Below are positions 11,835 to 24,122 of a DNA stretch of 64,000 nt, in pieces. A program made the translations under genes and the position numbers. The DNA comes from Gammaproteobacteria bacterium (GTDB lineage Bacteria > Pseudomonadota > Gammaproteobacteria > Burkholderiales > SG8-39). A model generated the notes under the pieces. The model made no database searches and had not been told where the DNA came from. It saw nothing but the letters and a program-made list of their open reading frames with translations. Position 1 is the first letter of the stretch, and each line of letters starts with the position of its first letter. The stretch lies in NCBI GenBank assembly GCA_041499655.1, contig JBGQKQ010000001.1, positions 255-64,254 on the forward strand, read 5' to 3'.

Positions 11835-13712
11835 CTAGGCGACGGGAGCCGGCTCGGGCGCGCCGGGCGCGCCCGTCTGGGGCGGCTGCTGCGGCGCCTG
11901 GGCGGGCTTGGGCGAACGCGGCGGCTTGCCGGCCATGATGTCGTTCAGCTGGTCGGCGTCGAGCGTTTCCCATTCGAGCAGCGCGTGCGCCATGGCCTCG
12001 ACCTTTTCGCGATTCTCCTCGATCAGGCGGCGCGCGAGTCCGTATTGATCGTCGATGATCCTGCGGATCTCCGTGTCGACGAGCCGCATCGTTTCCTCGG
12101 ATACATTCTTGTGCGTGGTAATCGAGCGTCCGAGGAAAACCTCGCCCTCGTTCTCGCCGTATACCATCGGCCCCAGTTTTTCGGACATGCCGAAGCGCGT
12201 GACCATGTCGCGCGCCATGCGCGTGGCGCGCTCGAAATCGTTGGAAGCGCCCGTGGTCATCTGGTTCATGAAGATTTCCTCGGCAATGCGCCCGCCGAAC
12301 AGGATGGCGATCTCGGACAGTATCTGCACCTTGTCCTTGGTGTACCGGTCCGTCTCGGGAAGCTGCCAGGTGACCCCCAACGCCCGCCCGCGCGGGATGA
12401 TGGTCACCTTGTGCACCGGATCGGCCTTGGGCACGAGCTTCGCCACCACCGCATGGCCCGACTCGTGAAAGGCGGTGTTGCGCAGTTCTTCCTTGGTCTG
12501 GACCATCGACTTGCGTTCGGCCCCCATGTAGATCTTGTCCTTCGCGCGCTCGAAGTCCTCCATGTCGACCAGGCGCTTGTTCTTGCGCGCGGCAAACAAG
12601 GCCGCTTCGTTCACCAGGTTGGACAGGTCCGCGCCGGAGAATCCCGGCGTGCCGCGCGCGATGATATCCGCCTTGACGTCGGGCGCGACCGGGACCTTGC
12701 GCATGTGCACGAGCAGGATCTGCTCGCGGCCGCGGATGTCGGGAAGCGGCACGACCACCTGCCGGTCGAAACGGCCCGGACGCAGCAGCGCCGGGTCGAG
12801 CACATCGGGGCGGTTGGTCGCTGCGATCACGATCACGCCGGTGGTTCCCTCGAAGCCGTCGAGCTCGACCAGCAGCTGGTTGAGCGTTTGCTCGCGTTCG
12901 TCGTTTCCGCCGCCCAGGCCCGCGCCGCGCTGGCGGCCCACCGCGTCGATTTCGTCGATGAAGACGATGCAGGGCGCGTGCTTCTTGGCCTGGTCGAACA
13001 TGTCGCGAACGCGCGCCGCGCCCACGCCGACGAACATCTCGACGAAGTCCGATCCGGAGATCGAGAAGAAGGGCACCTTGGCTTCGCCCGCGATGGCGCG
13101 CGCGAGCAGCGTCTTGCCGGTGCCGGGATTGCCGACCATCAGCACGCCTTTCGGGATGCGTCCGCCGAGTTTCTGGAACTTGGCGGGGTCGCGCAGGAAA
13201 TCAACGAGCTCGGCGACCTCCTCCTTCGCTTCCTCGCAGCCGGCGACGTCCGCGAAGGTGATGCTGTTGTTCGATTCGTCGATCATCCTGGCGCGCGACT
13301 TGCCGAAGGAGAACGCGCCACCGCGCCCGCCGCCCTGCATCTGGCGCATGAAGAAGACCCACACGCCGATCAGGAGCAGCATCGGGAACCAGGACACGAA
13401 GATGTTCATGAGCAGCGACGGCTCTTCTTCGCGCTTCGCCTTGATCTTGACGCCGTACTTGAGCAGGTCGGAGACGAGCCAGATGTCCCCCGGCGAGTAG
13501 CTGTTGACGGGCTTGCCGTCGGTGGTCTTGGCCTTCAGGTCGCGTCCTTCGATCACAACCTCGGCGATGCGGCCGGCCTTGACCTCCTCCATGAACTGCG
13601 AGTAGTCCATCACCGCCTGGACCTGCTGGCGTGTGTTGAACTGATTGAACACGGTCATCAGGACGAGCCCGATGACGAGCCAAATCACTAGGTTCTTGAA
13701 CAGGTTATTCAA
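11835..13712 (-). CDS. ftsH: ATP-dependent zinc metalloprotease FtsH
   Basis: Walker [14 protein letters not shown], an SRH region, and the Zn site HESGHAVV. I prefer the TTG at 13712 ([25 protein letters not shown], preceded by GGAAAGGAAAG). The track ORF starts at the upstream ATG 13760. Confidence 0.94.
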   Translation of the reverse strand: MNNLFKNLVIWLVIGLVLMTVFNQFNTRQQVQAVMDYSQFMEEVKAGRIAEVVIEGRDLKAKTTDGKPVNSYSPGDIWLVSDLLKYGVKIKAKREEEPSLLMNIFVSWFPMLLLIGVWVFFMRQMQGGGRGGAFSFGKSRARMIDESNNSITFADVAGCEEAKEEVAELVDFLRDPAKFQKLGGRIPKGVLMVGNPGTGKTLLARAIAGEAKVPFFSISGSDFVEMFVGVGAARVRDMFDQAKKHAPCIVFIDEIDAVGRQRGAGLGGGNDEREQTLNQLLVELDGFEGTTGVIVIAATNRPDVLDPALLRPGRFDRQVVVPLPDIRGREQILLVHMRKVPVAPDVKADIIARGTPGFSGADLSNLVNEAALFAARKNKRLVDMEDFERAKDKIYMGAERKSMVQTKEELRNTAFHESGHAVVAKLVPKADPVHKVTIIPRGRALGVTWQLPETDRYTKDKVQILSEIAILFGGRIAEEIFMNQMTTGASNDFERATRMARDMVTRFGMSEKLGPMVYGENEGEVFLGRSITTHKNVSEETMRLVDTEIRRIIDDQYGLARRLIEENREKVEAMAHALLEWETLDADQLNDIMAGKPPRSPKPAQAPQQPPQTGAPGAPEPAPVA

Positions 13713-13766
13713 CTTCTTTCCTTTCCCGCTCTCTGCGTCTGGCACCCATTCTATGCCCAAGCAGGC

Positions 13767-14399
13767 TCAAGGGACAGTGCCGTTCCTCAAGCCCTTGCCC
13801 AACAAATACATCTCCTTCGACTCGCCGCGCGAAGCACCGGGCTTGCGCGAGGTGACCGAGACGAAAACCCGCTTCATCGCCGCCAGAAACTCGGGATAAC
13901 CCGTGCCCTGAAACACTTTGACCAGGAAGGCACCGCCCGGATTCAACTGGGTTTTGGCGAAATCGAGCGCCAACTCGCACAAATGGATGCTCCGGGCCTG
14001 GTCGGTCGCGCGCACGCCGCTAATGTTGGGGGCCATATCGGAGACTACAAGGTCGATTTTTCGCCCTTCCAGCGCGTCCTCCAGCCGCCTTAGCACCGCT
14101 TCTTCCCGAAAATCCCCTTGAATTACCGTGACTCCCGCGATCGCGGCGACTTCCAGCGGATCGACCGCGATCACCCTCCCGGATTTCCCCACGCGCCCGG
14201 CGAGCACCTGCGACCAGCTCCCGGGCGCGGCGCCGAGATCGACGACACAGTCGCCGCGACGCGCCAACCCCTCCTTCTCGACGATCTCGAGCAGCTTGAA
14301 AGCCGAGCGCGCGCGATAGCCCTGCGCGCCCGCCTTGCGCACGTAGGGATCGTTCACGTGGCGCTTCAGCCATGCATTGCTGGATTTGCTCCGGGCCAT
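13767..14399 (-). CDS. rlmE: 23S rRNA (uridine2552-2'-O)-methyltransferase RlmE/FtsJ
   Basis: 210 aa, SRSAFKL..., SAM motif DLGAAPGSWSQV, with ftsJ-ftsH synteny. Confidence 0.95.
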   Translation of the reverse strand: MARSKSSNAWLKRHVNDPYVRKAGAQGYRARSAFKLLEIVEKEGLARRGDCVVDLGAAPGSWSQVLAGRVGKSGRVIAVDPLEVAAIAGVTVIQGDFREEAVLRRLEDALEGRKIDLVVSDMAPNISGVRATDQARSIHLCELALDFAKTQLNPGGAFLVKVFQGTGYPEFLAAMKRVFVSVTSRKPGASRGESKEMYLLGKGLRNGTVP

Positions 14400-14415
14400 T
14401 GCCTACACTCCCTCA

Positions 14416-14847
14416 ATGCCCGGATTATCGCGTGAACTGATACTCGCCACCCTGCTGCTCGCGGCCTGCGCCTCCGCGCCGCCAGGTCCGCCCCCGCTCG
14501 GCGGCACCTCGTGGCAGCTCGTCAAGTTCCAGGGCGGCGACGGCAAGACCCTGGCGCCGGACGACAGGTCTAAATACACCCTCGCGTTCGGCGGCAACGG
14601 CGTCTTGAGCGCGCGCATCGACTGCAACCGGGGCCGCGGCGGCTGGACATCACCCGGGCCGGGACAGGTCAGGCTCGGACTGCTTGCCCTTACGCGCGCC
14701 ATGTGCCCGCCGGGGTCGATGCACGACCAGGTCGTGAGGCAATGGAGCTATGTCCGCTCGTACGCCGTGAAAGACGGCCACCTGTATCTGTCGCTGATGG
14801 CGGACGGCGGCATCTACGAGTTCGAGCCGATCGCCGCCCCGCGGTAG
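14416..14847 (+). CDS. META/HslJ-domain lipoprotein
   Basis: ATG at 14416 gives MPGLSRELILATLLLAAC (lipobox LAAC). The WQLV.F....L......YTL.F...G.....DCN pattern is typical of META (DUF306) domains. Confidence 0.8.
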   Translation: MPGLSRELILATLLLAACASAPPGPPPLGGTSWQLVKFQGGDGKTLAPDDRSKYTLAFGGNGVLSARIDCNRGRGGWTSPGPGQVRLGLLALTRAMCPPGSMHDQVVRQWSYVRSYAVKDGHLYLSLMADGGIYEFEPIAAPR

Positions 14848-14858
14848 GGACGGTTCCG

Positions 14859-15164
14859 ATGGCCGAACTCTCGCCCGCCCGCCGCCGCGAGCTCAAGGCC
14901 CGTGCGCACGCCCTCGACCCGGTCGTGCTGGTCGGCGGAGCCGGGTTGTCGGGTCAAATGCTCGCGGAAATCGACCGCAGCCTGAAAAGCCACGAGCTCA
15001 TCAAAGTGCGCGTGAACGCCGAGCGAGCCGTCCGCGACGCAGTGTTTCAGGAAATCTGCAGGCAGACCGGAGCGCAGCCGGTGCAGCACATCGGGAAGAT
15101 ACTGGTCTTGTTTCGCGAGGAGCCCGCGTCTTCCGATCCCGGGAAGAGTCGCGTCGTGGGATAA
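14859..15164 (+). CDS. yhbY: Ribosome assembly RNA-binding protein YhbY (CRM domain)
   Basis: The 101 aa from ATG 14859, MAELSPARRRELKARAHALDPVVLVGGAGLS...ELIKVRV, match the YhbY pattern. The upstream part of the track ORF overlaps the META gene. Confidence 0.88.
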   Translation: MAELSPARRRELKARAHALDPVVLVGGAGLSGQMLAEIDRSLKSHELIKVRVNAERAVRDAVFQEICRQTGAQPVQHIGKILVLFREEPASSDPGKSRVVG

Positions 15165-15638
15165 CTACTCGTACCTCACCTCCAGCACCTCGTACTTCCT
15201 CACCCCTCCCGGGGTCTGCACTTCAACCCGGTCGCCCGCGTACTTGCCGATGATCGCGCGCGCGATGGGCGAGCCGACGGAAATTTTTCCCTTCTTGATG
15301 TCCGCCTCGTCGTCGCCGACGATCTGGTAAGTGACGGCCTCTCCGTTCTTCTCCTCCAGATCGACGGTCGCGCCGAACACACAGCGCCCTTCCGCGTCGA
15401 GCAGCTTCGGGTCGATCACCTGCGCGTTGCCGAGCTTGGCCTCGACCTCCTTGATCCGCCCCTCGATGAAGCTCTGGCGCTCCTTGGCCGCGTCGTACTC
15501 GGCGTTCTCCGACAGGTCGCCGTGGGTACGCGCTTCCGCGATCGCCGTGATCGCGTTGGGACGTTCGACGGTCTTCAGCCGCTGCAGCTCCTGCCGCAAC
15601 AGCTCCGCTCCGTTCGTCGTCAGCGGTATCGTGCTCAT
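15165..15638 (-). CDS. greA: Transcription elongation factor GreA
   Basis: 157 aa from ATG 15638, [22 protein letters not shown]...[16 protein letters not shown], a canonical GreA coiled-coil plus C-terminal domain. Confidence 0.95.
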   Translation of the reverse strand: MSTIPLTTNGAELLRQELQRLKTVERPNAITAIAEARTHGDLSENAEYDAAKERQSFIEGRIKEVEAKLGNAQVIDPKLLDAEGRCVFGATVDLEEKNGEAVTYQIVGDDEADIKKGKISVGSPIARAIIGKYAGDRVEVQTPGGVRKYEVLEVRYE

Positions 15639-15641
15639 ATC

Positions 15642-15674
15642 GAAAATAAGCATCCCGGCGCCCTGGGCGCCAGG
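15642..15674 (-). terminator. GC hairpin plus T-tract between carB and greA (terminator/attenuator-like)
   Basis: In the minus sense: CCTGGCGCC-cag-GGCGCCGGG (8 of 9 pairs) followed by atgcTTATTTTcgat, directly before the greA ATG. Confidence 0.3.
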
Positions 15675-15720
15675 CTGCGGCATCGGTTATTCAAGGCAGA
15701 AGAAGGTCGTGAAACGCAGT

Positions 15721-18961
<3,241 letters not shown>

Positions 18962-18969
<8 letters not shown>

Positions 18970-20098
18970 GTCCGCGCTCCTCCATCATCTTCGCGAAGCG
19001 GTCGAAGAGGTAGCCGATGTCGTGCGGTCCGGGGCTCGCCTCGGGATGTCCCTGGAAGCAGAACGCCGGCCGGTCGGTGCGCGCAAGACCCTGGAGGCTG
19101 CCGTCGAAGAGCGAGACGTGGGTCGGTCTCAGGTTCGCAGGCAGCGTCGCCGGATCGACCGCGAAACCGTGATTCTGGCTGGTAATGACCACCGAGCCCG
19201 TATCCAGGTCCTTCACCGGGTGGTTGGCGCCGTGGTGACCGAACTTCATCTTCACGGTCTTCGCTCCCGAGGCGAGGCCCATGAGCTGATGGCCGAGGCA
19301 GATTCCGAACGTCGGAACGCCCGTATCCATGATTTCACGGATCGCGCGGATGGCGTAGTCGCAAGGCTCGGGATCGCCCGGTCCGTTGGACAGGAATACG
19401 CCGTCGGGCCTCGACGCGAGCGCTTCGGCCGCCGTCGTCTGCGCGGGAAGCACCGTCACCCGGCAGCCGCGCTCGACCAGCAAGCGCAGGATGTTGCGCT
19501 TCACGCCGTAGTCATAGGCGACCACATGGAAACGCGCGGAGCCGGCCTTGCTGAATCCCTCGCCCAAGCGCCAGCGCCCTTCCGACCATTCGTAGGGCCT
19601 GGCGGTGCTCACGACCTTGGCGAGATCCATCCCGGCGAGCCCGGGAAAGGCGCGCGCCGCCGCCAGCGCCCGTTCCGCGTCGTCGGAACCCGCGAGCAGC
19701 GCGCCGTTCTGGGCCCCCTTCTCGCGCAGGATCCGGGTGAGCCGGCGCGTGTCGATGCCGACGATCGCGGGCACGCCGTTCCCGGCCAGAAAATCCGGGA
19801 GACTGCGTTCGGCCCGCCAGCTGGAAGCTCTGGCGGGGATATCCCGAACCACCAGTCCCGCGGCGTAGACCTTGGCCGATTCCATGTCTTCGCCGTTGGT
19901 GCCGGTGTTGCCGATGTGGGGGTGCGTCAGGGTGACGATCTGGCGGCAATAGGAGGGATCGCTGAGAATCTCCTGGTATCCGGTGATCGCCGTGTTGAAA
20001 ACCACCTCCCCGGCGGCGAGGCCCGTCGCGCCGGCGGATGTGCCGCGAAACACCGTTCCGTCGGCTAATGCGAGCAGGGCGGGCGGGGTGACGGGCAC
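18962..20098 (-). CDS. carA: Carbamoyl-phosphate synthase small subunit
   Basis: GATase motif GICLGHQL. I prefer the GTG at 20098 ([19 protein letters not shown], 378 aa). The track ATG at 20164 would place a 15-bp-stem hairpin inside the coding sequence. Confidence 0.92.
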
Positions 20099-20126
20099 GG
20101 CGGAGGGCTCATTGGGGGCCAGATGT

Positions 20127-20162
20127 GCAGAGCGGGACCGGCTCACGCCGGTCCCGCTCTGC
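20127..20162. promoter_or_regulatory. Perfect 15-bp inverted repeat in the carA / histidine-kinase divergent intergenic region
   Basis: GCAGAGCGGGACCGG-ctcacg-CCGGTCCCGCTCTGC with no adjacent T-tract on either strand, 29 nt upstream of the preferred carA start. Confidence 0.45.
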
Positions 20163-20301
20163 AACCCGAAGAGTATATCGTTATTTCCCCGGCCCCATCA
20201 AACTTCGCACGCCGAACACGGATCGCTCGCGCACGGCACGGCATCGCTTGCCAAACCGTGCCAGAATTGGTGGTTCGCTATTCGCACGCCCGACGGAAAA
20301 C

Positions 20302-22056
20302 GTGGCCCAGTCGCGCACTTCCATCACCGCCCTGTCATCGGCCGAATTCCTGCCTCAGCGCGTCTCGCTGCTGTACCGGCTGGCGGGAAGCGACGTACCC
20401 GCCATTTTCATCGTTTCTGCCATCGCCGGCTTCGCCCTGTGGGGTTATATCAGCGATGCGCTCCTCGCGGCCTGGTTCATATGGCTGGTCGTGGCGAGTC
20501 TGGTACGCATCGCCCTCAACCGCGCCTACCGCTTGCGGCAGCCCGGCCCGGAAGGCGCGCAGCGCTGGGAAGGGTTTTTCTGCCTCGCCAGCGCTGGCGT
20601 GGGCGCGACCTGGGGCCTGACCGTTATGCTGCTCTATCCGGCGCACGGCCAGCTTCACGAGGTACTGATTCCGTTCCTCATCGGCAGCGTCGCGATGGGC
20701 CTGCCCCCCGCGCTCGCCCCCAGCCCCAGGGCCTTTGCCTGCCTGATCGTGCCGATCTTCGCACCCATGATCGGCCTGCTGTTTTCGCAAGGCGGGGATT
20801 TCAATACCTCTGCCGGGATCCTGATCCTGGTATTCGCCGCGGTGCTTCTCGCGCTCTACCTGTCCTCGAGTCGCGCGCTGACCGAGACCCTTCGCTTCGG
20901 CCAGGAAAACGAACGCCTGCTCGAACAGGTCAAGGAAGCCAAAGAGCGCCTCGATCTGGCGCTGCAGGCGGCCAACATCCTCACCTGGGACTGGGACGTA
21001 CGCCGGCGCGACGTCTTCCTGGGCGGCAGCTGGGCGATCATCCTGAGAGTGGGCAGGGAAACCACCGCCCTCACGCTGGAAGAACTGGCGCGTATGCTGC
21101 ATCCCGACGATCTTCCGAAAGTGAAGCAGGCACTGGCGCGATGCCTGAACGGAGGGGAGACCGAGTACATGGCAGAGCACCGCATCAAGACCCTCGCCGG
21201 GGGCTGGGTATGGAGTCTCTCCCGCGGAAGGGTCGTCGAGCGCGATGCGGACGGCAAGGCGGTGCGCATGACCGGCGTCAACGTGGATATCGATGACCGC
21301 AAGCGCGCGGAGGCCGAGCTGCTCGCCGCCGTGCAGCGCGAGAAAGAGCTGTCGGAGATGAAATCGAAATTCGTTTCCACGGCCTCGCACGAGTTCCGCA
21401 CGCCCCTCGCCACGATGCTGTCCTCGGCGGAGCTGCTCGAGCACTACTCCGAGAGCCTGGGCCAGGACGAAAAGCGCAACCTCCTGCAGACCATTCAGAG
21501 CAGCGCCAAGCGCATGAGCGAGATGATCGACGACGTACTCACGCTGGGACGCGCCGAGTCGGGCGTGCTCAAGCTGAACCTCGGCCCGACTAACCTGCGC
21601 GAGCTTTGCAGCCGGGTGGTTTCCGAGTTTCGCATCGCGCAAGGCAAGCAGCACGTCATCACCCTGGACGATCGCTTCGATCGCCTCGAAGCTTTGATGG
21701 ACGAACGCCTGCTGCGCCACATCCTGAACAACCTGCTGTCGAACGCGGTGAAGTATTCGCCGCCGGGTAGCGAGGTCACTTTTTCGCTCGAGCGGCGCGA
21801 CGAGAAGGCCGCGATCGAGATCCAGGACCGGGGAATCGGCATTCCGCCCGAGGACCAGCCGCGGATGTTCGAGAGCTTCCACCGCGCGTCCAACGTCGAG
21901 AATCGCCCGGGCACGGGCCTGGGCCTCGCCATCGTCAAGAAAGCGGTGGAGCTCCATGGCGGCGAGATCAGCCTGAAGAGCGCGGTCGGCGCCGGAACGC
22001 GGTTTACGATCGTGCTTCCGTTGCAGCCGGCGGACCAGCCCGCGAGGTTGAGCTGA
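20302..22056 (+). CDS. Membrane-bound PAS sensor histidine kinase
   Basis: Several N-terminal TM helices and a PAS-like segment (ILTWDWDVRRRDVF...HPDDLPKV...WVWSLSRGRVVERDADGKAVRMTGVNVDI). H-box SHEFRTPL, N/G boxes NLLSNAVKYS, DRGIGIP, GTGLGLAIV. The start is uncertain: GTG 20302 is preferred, and the track ATG 20125 lies inside the hairpin. Confidence 0.85.
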   Translation: MAQSRTSITALSSAEFLPQRVSLLYRLAGSDVPAIFIVSAIAGFALWGYISDALLAAWFIWLVVASLVRIALNRAYRLRQPGPEGAQRWEGFFCLASAGVGATWGLTVMLLYPAHGQLHEVLIPFLIGSVAMGLPPALAPSPRAFACLIVPIFAPMIGLLFSQGGDFNTSAGILILVFAAVLLALYLSSSRALTETLRFGQENERLLEQVKEAKERLDLALQAANILTWDWDVRRRDVFLGGSWAIILRVGRETTALTLEELARMLHPDDLPKVKQALARCLNGGETEYMAEHRIKTLAGGWVWSLSRGRVVERDADGKAVRMTGVNVDIDDRKRAEAELLAAVQREKELSEMKSKFVSTASHEFRTPLATMLSSAELLEHYSESLGQDEKRNLLQTIQSSAKRMSEMIDDVLTLGRAESGVLKLNLGPTNLRELCSRVVSEFRIAQGKQHVITLDDRFDRLEALMDERLLRHILNNLLSNAVKYSPPGSEVTFSLERRDEKAAIEIQDRGIGIPPEDQPRMFESFHRASNVENRPGTGLGLAIVKKAVELHGGEISLKSAVGAGTRFTIVLPLQPADQPARLS

Positions 22057-24122
22057 TGGACGCCCCGGCTCCGAAGAAAGTCCTCATCATCGAGGACGAG
22101 CCCAGCATCCGCAACAACATCATGCTGATGCTCAAGGTAGAGCGCTACGCCGCCGTCGGAGCCGAGAACGGCCGCGTCGGGCTCGAACTCGCCCGCAGCG
22201 ACCCGCCGGACCTGATCCTCTGCGACGTGATGATGCCGGAAATGGACGGGTTCGCCGTGCTCGAGGCCCTGCGCGCCGAGCCGCGCTTCGCCGAGATCCC
22301 GTTCATCTTCCTCACCGCGCTCGACGACCGATCCAGCATGCGCCGCGGCATGAATCTCGGCGCCGACGACTACCTTCCGAAGCCCTTCACGCGCAACGAG
22401 CTCCTGGAAGCGGTTAACAGCCGCCTGAAGAAATTCGAGACCCTGACCCAGGCCCTCGCCGCCAGGCTCGTCCCGGAGCAGGACCGGCTGACGCAGAAAT
22501 TCCGCGAGAAGATCCTGGGAGGCGACGGGTCCGCTGCTCTCGAGGACACCGACTCCGCGAGCCTCACCGGAAAGATCACCAACGCCACCGTCCTTTTCTC
22601 GGACATCCGCAACTTCACCACCTATTCGGAGCGGCTCACCAGCGACGAGATCGCGGAGCTGCTCAATGCCTATCTCGCGACCGCGTGCGCGCCCGTCATC
22701 CGCTACCGCGGCGTGGTGATGAAGTTCATCGGCGACGGAATCATGGCCTTGTTCGAGGGGTACCCGAACGAGAAAAGCGGCGATCACGCGCAGCGCGCAG
22801 TGCGCGCCGGCCTCGCCATGCAGCTCGCAGCGCTCGAGTTCCGCAAGTGGGTCGCCAAGCGCCATGCCTCCGGAAGCCTCCCCGAATTCTCCATAGGTGT
22901 CGGCATCCACACGGGCGAAGTCCTGCTGTGCCACGTCGGCGCCCCCGGTCGCGGCGAGCTCACCGTGGTCGGCGATACCGTCAACATCGCCTCCCGGCTG
23001 GAAGGCCAGACCAAACAGCTGGGCTGGGCGCTGGTCGCGAGTGACGTCACGTACAATCTGGCGCGCTCGGTGATCTCGGTCGGCTCGCAGCGGGAGGTGC
23101 AGCTGCGCGGACGCAGCGCGCTGGTCCAGGCCTACGAAGTGATCGGCATCGCGGCCAGTAACACCGACGACGTTTCAGTGCACATCCCCGAGGAGATGCG
23201 GCAGGCGCTCGCGGCGAACGCGAGAATCGCCGCCGAGGCGGCCAAGGCGGCCCTGGGGATCACCTTGAGCATCATGACCGGCGACCTCGGCGAGAAGCTC
23301 CTGTCGGTACAGGGCTACCGCGTGGTCTCGAAGATCGGTCGCGGCGGCTCCTCGGTGGTCTACCTCGCCGAGCGGGAAAGCGACCAGCAGCAGGTCGTCC
23401 TCAAGATCCTCGACGGCAGGGCCGGACTGGACGAGATCCTGCTGCAGCGCTTCGTGCAGGAATTCGACATCATCTCCTCGATCGACCACCCGAACGTGGT
23501 CAAGATCTACGACCGCGGCTTCAGCGACCGGCACGCGTATATCGCGATGGAGTACTTCCCCAACGGCAGCCTGGTCGAAGTCATCCGACAGGGCCTGAGC
23601 GGGCGGCAGGCCCTGTCGCTTCTGGCGCAGGCGGCAAGCGCCCTGCGCGAGGTCCACAATCGCGGAGTGATCCATCGCGACATCAAGCCCGGGAACCTCA
23701 TGGCGCGCGGCGACGGCAGCATCGTGCTCGCCGATTTCGGCATCGCGAAGCGCCTCGACGACAACCTGGGCCACACGCGGCATGGCGAGTTGTACGGGAC
23801 GCCCTATTACGTTTCGCCGGAGCAGATCGAGGGCAATCCGGCAACGGCGCAGTCGGACATCTATTCCCTGGGAATCATTTTCCACGAGATGCTGACGGGG
23901 CAGCGCCCGTTCGAGGCGGAATCGGTGTCGGGCCTCATCGCGCTGCACGTCAGCGCGCCGCGGCCGAAGCTTCCGGAAGCGCTCGCCGAGTACCAGACGC
24001 TCCTCGACCGGATGATCGCCGTCGATCCCCGCAAACGCTACAAGAACGCAGAGGAACTCCTCGAGGGCATCGACAAGGCGTGGACGGACCAGGCGGTGCG
24101 CGCGTTGAAGCAGACTAGCTAG
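22056..24122 (+). CDS. Response-regulator receiver / class III adenylate-guanylate cyclase / Ser-Thr protein kinase fusion protein (688 aa)
   Basis: Its ATG overlaps the kinase stop (ATGA). REC motifs: IIEDEPS, DLILCDVMMPEMDG, LTALDD, KPF. Cyclase motifs: FSDIRNFT, KFIGDGIMALF, GIHTGEV, GDTVNIASRLE. Hanks kinase motifs: GRGGSSVVY, VLK, HRDIKPGN, DFG, YVSPE. Confidence 0.9.
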   Translation: MDAPAPKKVLIIEDEPSIRNNIMLMLKVERYAAVGAENGRVGLELARSDPPDLILCDVMMPEMDGFAVLEALRAEPRFAEIPFIFLTALDDRSSMRRGMNLGADDYLPKPFTRNELLEAVNSRLKKFETLTQALAARLVPEQDRLTQKFREKILGGDGSAALEDTDSASLTGKITNATVLFSDIRNFTTYSERLTSDEIAELLNAYLATACAPVIRYRGVVMKFIGDGIMALFEGYPNEKSGDHAQRAVRAGLAMQLAALEFRKWVAKRHASGSLPEFSIGVGIHTGEVLLCHVGAPGRGELTVVGDTVNIASRLEGQTKQLGWALVASDVTYNLARSVISVGSQREVQLRGRSALVQAYEVIGIAASNTDDVSVHIPEEMRQALAANARIAAEAAKAALGITLSIMTGDLGEKLLSVQGYRVVSKIGRGGSSVVYLAERESDQQQVVLKILDGRAGLDEILLQRFVQEFDIISSIDHPNVVKIYDRGFSDRHAYIAMEYFPNGSLVEVIRQGLSGRQALSLLAQAASALREVHNRGVIHRDIKPGNLMARGDGSIVLADFGIAKRLDDNLGHTRHGELYGTPYYVSPEQIEGNPATAQSDIYSLGIIFHEMLTGQRPFEAESVSGLIALHVSAPRPKLPEALAEYQTLLDRMIAVDPRKRYKNAEELLEGIDKAWTDQAVRALKQTS

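Noticed and set aside
11376-13691. 771-aa plus-strand ORF opposite ftsH
   Set aside because: Same GC artefact. ftsH on the minus strand has its complete Walker, SRH and HEXXH motifs, and the antisense product is low-complexity.
24115-24122. 8-nt convergent overlap of dapB and the triple-fusion gene on the palindrome CTAGCTAG, which supplies a TAG stop to both strands
   Set aside because: It is real in the sequence, but most simply a coincidence of two stop codons. There is no evidence of function.
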